From Octopus sinensis (Eukaryota): a stretch of 64,000 bases of DNA. This document shows positions 55,240 through 64,000 of the stretch, piece after piece (position 1 is the stretch's first letter; the number at the start of each line of letters is the position of its first letter). The position numbers and the translations under genes were made by a program. Where the stretch lies: assembly GCF_006345805.1 (NCBI RefSeq), contig NC_043007.1, forward strand, positions 6,758,001-6,822,000, written 5' to 3'. The notes below the pieces were generated by a model. That model ran no database searches. It saw only the letters and a list, made by a program, of their open reading frames with translations, and had not been told where the DNA came from.

Positions 55240-55510
55240 TGTTTATCTTCAAAATGATCGCACCATCAATGGAAAGTTCAATGCCAACTTGCTAAGGCAG
55301 TTATGAAAGGCTATCAAGACCAAACACCCAGAAAAACTGATGAATGGGGTCTTGTTTCATTAGGACGATGCTTCAGCACACAAGTCCTTGGTTTCAATGG
55401 CTGCTGTGTGTGACTGGCTTTGAACTGGTTGCTCACCCCTCCCTATGTTAGTGATCTGGTTCCATCTGGTTATCATCTGTTTCCCAACATAGAAAAACAC
55501 TCAGCTGGGT
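55240..55510 (+). mobile_element. mariner transposase fragment
   Basis: Homologous to 23020-23260 (ACAAGTCCTTGGTTTCAATGGCTGCTGTG...CCATCTGGTTATCATCTGTTTCCCAAC). Confidence 0.85.
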
Positions 55511-55536
55511 ACATATTTTTTGCATTAACATGTAGA

Positions 55537-55887
55537 ACGTGGCACTCCGTCGGTTACGACGACGAGGGTTCCAGTTGATCCGATCAAGGGAACAGCCTGT
55601 TCGTGAAATTAACGTTCAAGTGGCTGAGGACTCCACAGGCACGTGTACCCTTAAAAGAGTTTTCAAGGAGATTCAGCTTGACACAGTGTGACAAAGGTGG
55701 CCCTTTGAAATACAGGTACAACAAAAACAAGAAGAAAGAGTGAGAAAGTTGTGGTAAAAGAATACAGTAGGGTTCGCCACCACCCCCTCCTGGGGTCACG
55801 AGGAGCTTTAGGTGTTTTCTGGGGATCAAAACGGTGATCCTACAACCACGAGTCCTCTCCCTAACCACTGGGCCATTGCGCCTCCAC
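55537..55887 (-). mobile_element. tRNA-derived SINE (GTGGAGGCGC family)
   Basis: The head GTGGAGGCGCAATGGCCCAGTGGTTAGG is identical to the 30344 copy. Confidence 0.9.
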
Positions 55888-55902
55888 AACCTATATTATA
55901 TG

Positions 55903-56272
55903 TAACAAGAGCACCCAGAGAGCGCAAACCTCCGCGAAGGTAACACCAACGTCCTCTCAATGATTAACCAGAGAGGATTTTTTAAAATGAGAATATCTGA
56001 AGTAAACTCGACTGATCTCATAAACAAGAATGCTAGAAATGAACACGACTCCTTTCAAAAGTTAAGTAAAAAAAAAAAAAGGAAAAATAATCCAGAATCC
56101 TTGTCCAGTACGGGATCCATGCAAAAACCTAAACATTTAGTGCCTGTCATGAGGCCAAACATCGCTGAAAGTTTCGTCCGAATCCATCCAGCGGTTCTTG
56201 AGATATCTTGTCCACGGACAGACAAACACGACTGAAAACAGTACCTCCGCCTTCACTAAGACGGGGGTAATA
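55903..56272 (+). mobile_element. non-autonomous DNA element, DINE-1/Helentron-associated-like (second copy)
   Basis: Collinear with 35170-35525; AACAAGAG start, CCTCCGC subterminal motifs and a 3' hairpin CCTCCGCCTTCACTAAGACGGGGG. Confidence 0.55.
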
Positions 56273-57014
56273 ACGTGAAGTATATTTTGTAGATTAAAAT
56301 ATTTAGTTTGGGAAATATATCAAGCGGAGCTAAAATAAGCAGTAAAAATACAAATTGCAAGTATTTTAATTTAGACGAAACTTGAGAATCCCAGCCGAAC
56401 GAAACTTATCATGCTGTCAGATATTACTTTTTGGAATCACTTGAAAATGATGTGCTAGTATTTCCAGCAGTTTAAATGTTCCTGTACAAACTGCCTATTT
56501 TGCAGATTAAGATAGATTTGTTCATTTATTAAATTTTTTTTTTACTTATGGCCTCCGACTCGTAGTAATTAATAAGGAATGTGAAAACCAACCTCCAGTA
56601 ACAAGCATGAATATTCTACTCCCAAAACTAATTACCTTTTTTGCGTAGTAAGAGCACCGTTCCTATAGAGAGAAGCACGTGCACTAAAACAATAGAGTTA
56701 TTGTATTTTTTCTCAGCCATTTTAGTATTTTTAAAAGCTTCCTAAATTCATTTGAAACTTTGAAAATTGTTTAAAATACTAATAATCTCGTATTAAATTA
56801 TATCCTTGCGACCTATTGTAATTAAGTATTTAAATATTTTAGGAAAATATTCTCTAATGACATTAGTGTTATTCATAAGGGCGACTGAGTTTCAGAAATA
56901 GGCTACACCGTAACGTTTAGTCGTTCACATGAAAAGTTGTGTGAAATTTACGCTCTTTTTATACACCCTTTTAGTTTCACGTTGGTTTAAAAAGTATCAT
57001 ATATTGATTTCAGA

Positions 57015-57219
57015 TTCTAGCACGAGACCAGCAATTTCGGGGCAGGGGGTAAATCGGTTATCTCTACCCCAGTTCCCAACAGGTATATATATTATCGACT
57101 CTGAAAGGATGAAGGTTAAAGTCGACCTAAGCGGAACTTGAACTCAGAATGTGAAGACGGGAAGAAATACCGCCAAGCATTTTGTCCGGTATGCAAAAGA
57201 TTCTGCCAGCTCGCCGCCT
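57015..57219 (-). mobile_element. tRNA-derived SINE (GGCGGCGAGCTGG family)
   Basis: Plus strand ends TTCTGCCAGCTCGCCGCC; homologous to 45209. Confidence 0.85.
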
Positions 57220-57501
57220 TTCATAGCATTACATGTATATATATATATATATATATATGTGTCTCTGTGTGTGTGTGTGTGTGTGTATGTATTTATGTAT
57301 GTATGTATGTATATATGTATATATATATATATATATACATACACATCTATATATATATATATGTATTTATGAATGTATGTATGTATGTATGTATATATAT
57401 ATATATAATACATACACATCTATAATATAATATGTATTTATGAATGTATGTATGTATGTATGTATATATATATATATATATATATATTTATTTATAGAAG
57501 G

Positions 57502-57552
57502 AGCTTCTACAGGACAAGAACTGTTTCATTCAAAAGAAATCATCAGGAAGCT
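57502..57552 (-). ncRNA. compact type I hammerhead ribozyme
   Basis: Minus strand: AGCTTC-CTGATGA-TTTCTTTTGAAT-GAA-ACAG-TTCTTGTC-CTGT-A|GAAGCT. Confidence 0.75.
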
Positions 57553-58572
57553 AGGTGACAAGAATAGTTTTGGCATTTATACATTTGGGCAGGTTTAAAA
57601 GGGGTGGTGGTGGGGGACTTTTTGGGGTAGGCATGGCGCAAACTATCATTCTTAGGGGAGTGGTCAAAGGAATCAGTGATAAAGTAGATAAAAGAATAAA
57701 TAGAATAATAGAGTTTAGGTAAATAAGGAGACTCTCACTTATACATATCTACACACATATATATATAAAAAATAAATAAATATAAAAGAGGATATACACC
57801 CCCATACATACACGCTCACATATCTATATATGTGGGCAGATGTTCTTGTGTGTTTATGTATACCGAAGTACATCTATATATGTGGTTTTGCGTGTACATA
57901 GTTATGTGTACGTTTATGTGAAAGTCGGTACACTTATGTATGTATGAATATAACACGTGCGTCTGTGTATGTGTATGAGTGTGCGTGTGTGTGTGTGCGC
58001 GTGTGAGTGTTTGTGTTCGTATCAGTGGGAGAAAGATAGAAAGGAAGGGATAGGGGCAATAAAGGTTTTTTTAAGCCAGCCAGGCAAGCTCCCTTGGGAG
58101 AATCCTACTTCTGTGTCGGCTTGGATAACCGAGGTCAAATAAAAACAATAACAATAAAAATAAAAATGAATATAAAAATAGAAATAAAAATAAGGGAAGA
58201 AATGTGTGTATGTGTGTGCATGTATATGCAAATGTATGTGTATGTATATATGTGTGTGTATATATATGTATATATATATATATATGTATGTATGTGTGCG
58301 TATATTTGTGTATATATATATATATATATAAGTGTGTGTATGAATGTGTGTATATATATATATATATAGATATATAGATATATAGATATGTGAGCTTGTG
58401 TGTATGGGGGTGTATATCCTCTTTTATCTTTATTTATTTTTATATATATATATGTGTGTAGATATTTGTGTGTATGTATGAGTATGGGTTTGGGTGTGTA
58501 CGTATATGTATGTGGATGGGTGCATATGTACATGTGTATATGGATGCATGTGTGTATGTGTATGTATGTATG

Positions 58573-58609
<37 letters not shown>

Positions 58610-58829
58610 GTATGTATGTATATATATATATATATATGTATAAGTGAGAGTCTCCTTATTTACCTAAACTCTATTATTCTATTTATTCTTTTATCTACTT
58701 TATCACTGATTCATTTGACCACTCCCCTAAGAATGATAGTTTGCGCCATGCCTACCCCAAAAAGTCCCCCACCACCACCCCTTTTAAACCTGCTTAAATG
58801 TATAAATGCCAAAACTATTCTTGTCACCT

Positions 58830-58880
58830 AGCTTCCTGATGATTTCTTTTGAATGAAACAGTTCTAGTCCTGTAGAAGCT
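58830..58880 (+). ncRNA. compact type I hammerhead ribozyme
   Basis: Stem I AGCTTC/GAAGCT; CTGATGA 58836-58842; GAAA 58855-58858; stem III ACAG/CTGT; GUA triplet ending at 58874; U.U at positions 10.1/11.1. Confidence 0.75.
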
Positions 58881-58966
58881 CCTTCTATAAAATAAATGAA
58901 TTTACTCTGCTATGTATTGAGTACCTTATTTACTGTGGTTAACCCCGACTCAACCCGGGACCTACA

Positions 58967-58997
<31 letters not shown>

Positions 58998-61304
58998 GTT
59001 AACATTACTTAAATCCTGTTTCCAGAAGATATTAGAGAGAGAAACTAATTCGCCTTCGGCTTCTGTATACGTGTTTTTTTTTTATTATTTTAGTGCGGAG
59101 CCTTTTGGAAACCATACAGAAACACATGGGGGTGGGTTACAGGACTTTAAGATGGGGAATAAGTTGGTAGAATTTGAGCAAAAGGCACAATTTTTAGATG
59201 TGATTCTAGACATGTGACTTTTAACATCTTATTAATTGGAATGGTGGGCAGGTGTGAAATAGCAAAATATCGCTGTTGACTCAATGTTTCTGCTGAGAGA
59301 GTTCTCCAACGATCGATACAAGAATGATAAATATTATGGCGTAGCATTACACGAAGCTTTGTTGATTGCTTTTAAACCTAGGTCAGTCCTACTCTAGCAT
59401 TTCTTTGTTCTTTGACTTGTATTTATGAGGTTTAACAAGAGAGGTTGAGACACGGAATGTTAATTAAATGGTTCCGTGTTTCGGGTGGTCTAATCTGAAA
59501 ACAAATTACAGGAAAGCGAAACTAGAAGTTACCTCCAGTGACACGCTTCTTCGGTTTTTGTTTTGGTTTTGTAAATTAACAGAAATTTAACCAACACCTT
59601 AATCTTGATTTTCTTTTTTGGTTTTCCTTTTTTGTTTATTCTTTCATTTTTTTTTTTTTTTGCAAGTTAAATATTTTAACTGTTTCTTGAATTATCTTCA
59701 TGCATCCATCATTGTAAATGTGCGTCTTTCTTCTATTTGTTTGAATTCTCAGTCCTTAAGTACCATGTGCATTTCAGAAAATATTTAATGGAGCACAAAT
59801 TTCTCGATCATGATTCATTCAATTGCTATATATTTCATTGTTAATTTTATATTTCTAAATATTTATTTTTAACTATATCCAAATTTTTCAGTATAATTAA
59901 TTTATTACAGAGATTATTTATCAATACCTGTTCCACCCCGGATATCCACCTTCAAATAACGCTTTGTTTTCTGAGTAATTAGTGTTAATGTTAATTGTTG
60001 ATTATATTTTCCATTCTGTTTTGTAAAGAAATAATATTAAAAAAATGAAACGTATTGACTTCAAATATTTCACACTCTTATCATAACCGGTATAGCAAAA
60101 TCTATTCGTCCATTACATATTCCGATTTGTTTTCAATTTCAATATCATATTATAAGATAAAGACGCCTGTAATATTGTTTGATATTTAGATGTTCAATTT
60201 TATCTTAATTTAAATCTCAAACTTCATCAAATGAATATCACTTTAAATGAAGATCACATATTTTCATCGTTTTTCGCCAAATATAAATTGCCTCATCGAA
60301 AATTCCTTACCATTAAGCACTGAGGATAAGTATTAAATATTAATTTTGAGGAAAATAGATTCACGCTTCTACATTTGTATATGACGTCATTGAACAGGCT
60401 ATAGGTGTGAAATGGCGAAGTGGTAGATAGTGTTTTCTTGTACAAAGCAATTTAGGAATATGGAAGGCTCGGTGTGCAAGAAAACATCTGATTTATTTTG
60501 CGACGAATAACATGTGATTGCGATTCTGGTAACAATATTTTCACTTTTCAACGGCAGCTATGATAACTTTGAGTAAATAATATCAACCACAGTAACTATT
60601 CCAATTCCGTATTTTATTCGCGATATTTATTAAGCCAATACGTTTCGGTTTGGCATAAACAGCAGATACAACTCATGGCGTGCACTTGTAGATAGAGAAG
60701 CGAAAACAAATACGCACATGCTCGTATATATATATATATATATTACGGAGGTGTACTCGCATAGCAAGTGACCTGATCTGAGATCGTGTGCTGGAACGAA
60801 AACAATTCAAGTGTTGAAGTGAATCGAACGGCTTTTGTGTGTTTCTTAAATGGCTTACAAACACCTTCCACGCTGCAATTATATATATATAATCAGAAAA
60901 TAGAGAAAACCTCAGATCAATAAACACATTGATTGGACCACATTTATAGCTCTTTTTTAATACAAAGCCTAATATAACATATTAATGACGTAGTAAATCT
61001 TAAGGTCGTTTCAGCACCCGTTTCCAGATACTGTTTATACATATTTAAGAAAAGAAAATTGTTCATCTTCATAGGACATTCAAATTAAGGAATCAGGTAA
61101 CATATCAACATATTAACATATCAGGTAATTGTCTGTGGAACAAGCCCGCTCACAGACGCTCCAGCAGTCCCAAAGACGATGAGGTCCTTTCACTCTTAAG
61201 CTTCTCATAAAACGCCTGAATCCTGATAATTGCTGGACTGAGGATTCTTTTTGACATCAGACCAATACAAATATGAAGGAGTGGCGTTAATGGTATACTT
61301 AATG

Positions 61305-61445
61305 GTCAACTTTGCCTTTCAACCTTTCGGGGTAGATTAAATAAGTACCAGTTACGCACTGGGGTCGATATAATCGCCTTAATCCGTTTGTCTGTCCTTG
61401 TTTGTTCTCTCTGTGTTTAGCCCCTTGTGGGTAGTAAAGAAATAG
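61305..61445 (+). mobile_element. SINE 3' half (GGCGGCGAGCTGG family)
   Basis: Homologous to about 45300-45445. Confidence 0.85.
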
Positions 61446-62082
61446 GTATACTTAATGGAAATAAACCGTGGATAGACCATTTACTGTGTTAAAAACCTAA
61501 TATATATGTGTGTGTGTGTATTTGTGTGTGTGGTTGTGTGTGTGTGGACATAAATAGACAGATGTAGCAGGAACGCGGTGAGTAGAGAGTTTATATTTTG
61601 AGTATTAATGTGTGAGAGCACATACGCATTTTAACACGTATGTTTGAAGCTAATAAATATCCGGAAGATACTGCTATTACAGCAATCATTACTGTAAATG
61701 TTAATCCTGGCACAAGCTATATTATCTGTATGCTTTGGGAGCTACACGAAACGAGTTTGTCGTATTAGTCTATCGTAGAAGGGATTTGTGCTTCAATAAA
61801 TTTTGAAAACCCAATTCTGAAGTGACATTCCATTTACGTATTTTTAAGTCTCAGTTTTATTTCTGCTTTGCTGCATTCTCGAATGTTCAACATGATCTCA
61901 TTTACCAGCAAATTAGCTTCCTGATCACTGTGGCTTTTTTTTTTAAAGACATAAGTATCCTGCACAATTCTGAAATGAATAAACAATTGTCACAATGGTT
62001 TTTCACCGCTCATGAAGAATTACTATTAATTCTATCTACATATCAAACTAATAACGTTCACACACACACACACACACACATG

Positions 62083-62193
<111 letters not shown>

Positions 62194-63161
62194 CGTGTAT
62201 GTATGCATATAGAGGTGTATTCTTATATATAAGTGTGTGTGTGCGTGCGTGGGAGTGTGTGTGTGTGAAACTATATATGTATAGATACTTAATCTCGATC
62301 GCTTCACCAGAAACAATGTATTTTTTATCGACAATTTATGGAGGAAATTCTGCGATGAAGCCGTTTAAATCAGAACATAAATAATAAAATGTCACGTGAC
62401 ATCGTCTTCTGATTTCTCATGATTTTCCGTCTGATTTATTCGTCGTCAAAAACATGTGATTGCAATTCTCTTGACGAGATATTAGCTTTAAGATAAATTG
62501 AAAATACCATTATCGGATGCATCTCTGAATGAGAGTTAAGTGTCGAATATATAATTGTTGAAGAGAAGACAAGAAAAACAAAATGGTTTTAAGCCAAGAG
62601 AGTATCAGGCTTAAGATATAAGAATGCATCATTGGGTCAGAAATTTATACATACGCAGATAATTTTAAATGAGAAAAGTATTCATAAAAATTTGACAATC
62701 ATTACAGTTGAAATAACTAGAAAATATATTTAAAATTCACAAAATATAGAAAAAAAAATAGTCAATGGCTGCAAAATATAACACAATAAAAAGATAATCA
62801 AATTGAATAGAACGATTGTAAAACATTTCCGTCTATTTATAAAACGAAAATAAAGAAACAAAAGATTTCCTGGTTTACTAAATTTGTAAGTTCCTCGGTT
62901 ATTTCTTGGCAGATGAGATAATTTGCAACTTGATCGAATCTTATTTAATTTCATAAACAATTACACGCAATTTTTCAGCTACATACATTTTGTATTTAAC
63001 GTCATTAATACAAATAATTTACTACATAAACAATGAACAACCTATTTCATCTTTGGCACAAAATTCGAATATCTACCATTACGCTAACGATTTTAAGGCA
63101 ATAGCATGGGATGCTTCAAGAAGACCCGCAACATTTTATTATTTAACCTAAGGTGGTATTA

Positions 63162-63370
63162 AGACGATGAGCTGGTAGAATCTTTAACACCCCGTCAAAA
63201 TGCTTAGCGGCATTTCGTCCGTCTTTTCGTTCTGAGTTCAAATTCTGCCGAAGTCGACTTTGTCTTTCACCTGGTTCGGTCAATGAAAAAAGTACCAGTT
63301 GAAGATTGAGGTCGATGCAATCAACCTTCCCCCTCCCCCCGAACATGCTAACTTCATGCCAAACATTGAA
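63162..63370 (+). mobile_element. tRNA-derived SINE (GGCGGCGAGCTGG family), diverged
   Basis: GTTCTGAGTTCAAATTCTGCCGAAGTCGACTTTG core. Confidence 0.82.
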
Positions 63371-64000
63371 ACCAGTATGAAGTGATATTTCGCTGCCATT
63401 CATTGTTCAGGTGTGCCAAGCACATATGAGTAATGTGAAATTTTTTAACGTTTTCTTATTAAGGCACCAGGCCAGCTATTTTGGTGATCGGCGGTGAGTC
63501 AATACCACCGAACACAGTAATTGTTACCGAAAGATTGAAATGCGCTTCGACACAAGTTCGGTTCACGACGTAAAGAGCCAGAACAATGCCGCAAAAGCGT
63601 TTCTTTCCAACACTTTAATTAATGGCACAACTCACCACTTTTATATAACGTTTAATTGATACGAACCTGTATGCGATATATCTATGCAACTTGAAGACAT
63701 ATTACTAAACAGTAGTTTCCTACCTGTGAATGAAGTCATATACATTACTGGCATCTAATTGCCATTGAACGTGACATACTAATGTAATTACATATATTAA
63801 TACAATTAAAAACAAAATTGCATAATTAAATTGAGAGATAAATTAATATAACAGCGAGGAAATATATTTACAGCACGTTACCATTTTATAATATTCTAGT
63901 CCACCGCCATCCCACCCATTTACTTCCAAGTTCAATTAAAGAGAGTCTTGAAATTGGTAAGATGTGTAAATGGCAGATATTATAATTACTATTCAGTACA

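Larger units (their letters stand above)
57491..58891. mobile_element. inverted pseudo-LTR pair of a second PLE-like family, non-coding
   Basis: Arms 57491-57830 and 58379-58891 are reverse complements, with about 4 mismatches in the 255-bp outer segment by eye and an extra microsatellite in the right arm. Each arm carries an HHR. Confidence 0.8.

Noticed and set aside
59090-59217. Acceptor followed by the open frame AEPFGNHTETHGGGLQDFKMGNKL
   Set aside because: The acceptor is a poly-T tract, the donors are weak and the peptide is not recognised.

Overview
AT-rich, microsatellite-saturated animal genomic DNA. The SINE families and (TA)n/(CA)n density point to an octopus (coleoid cephalopod); this is an inference from recognised repeat sequences, not a search result. 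No complete protein-coding gene can be supported, and most ORFs in the supplied track are microsatellite translations. The window is a dense transposon graveyard: R4/Dong-type RLE LINE fragments, three CR1-type LINE fragments, two near-full-length degenerate mariner elements plus a fragment, about a dozen tRNA-derived SINEs, and DINE/Helentron-like non-autonomous elements. The most notable structure is a set of Penelope-like element (PLE) remnants from several families carrying type I hammerhead ribozyme (HHR) motifs. Two large inverted pseudo-LTR pairs (23.9-25.8 kb, around a GIY-YIG reading frame, and 57.5-58.9 kb) each have one HHR per strand. Another HHR (50.7 kb) lies upstream of a decayed PLE reverse transcriptase, and several broken HHRs occur elsewhere, mostly with their 3' ends abutting (TA)n tracts. 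A speculative three-exon minus-strand model encoding a small signal-peptide protein and a few promoter-like spots are flagged at low confidence.
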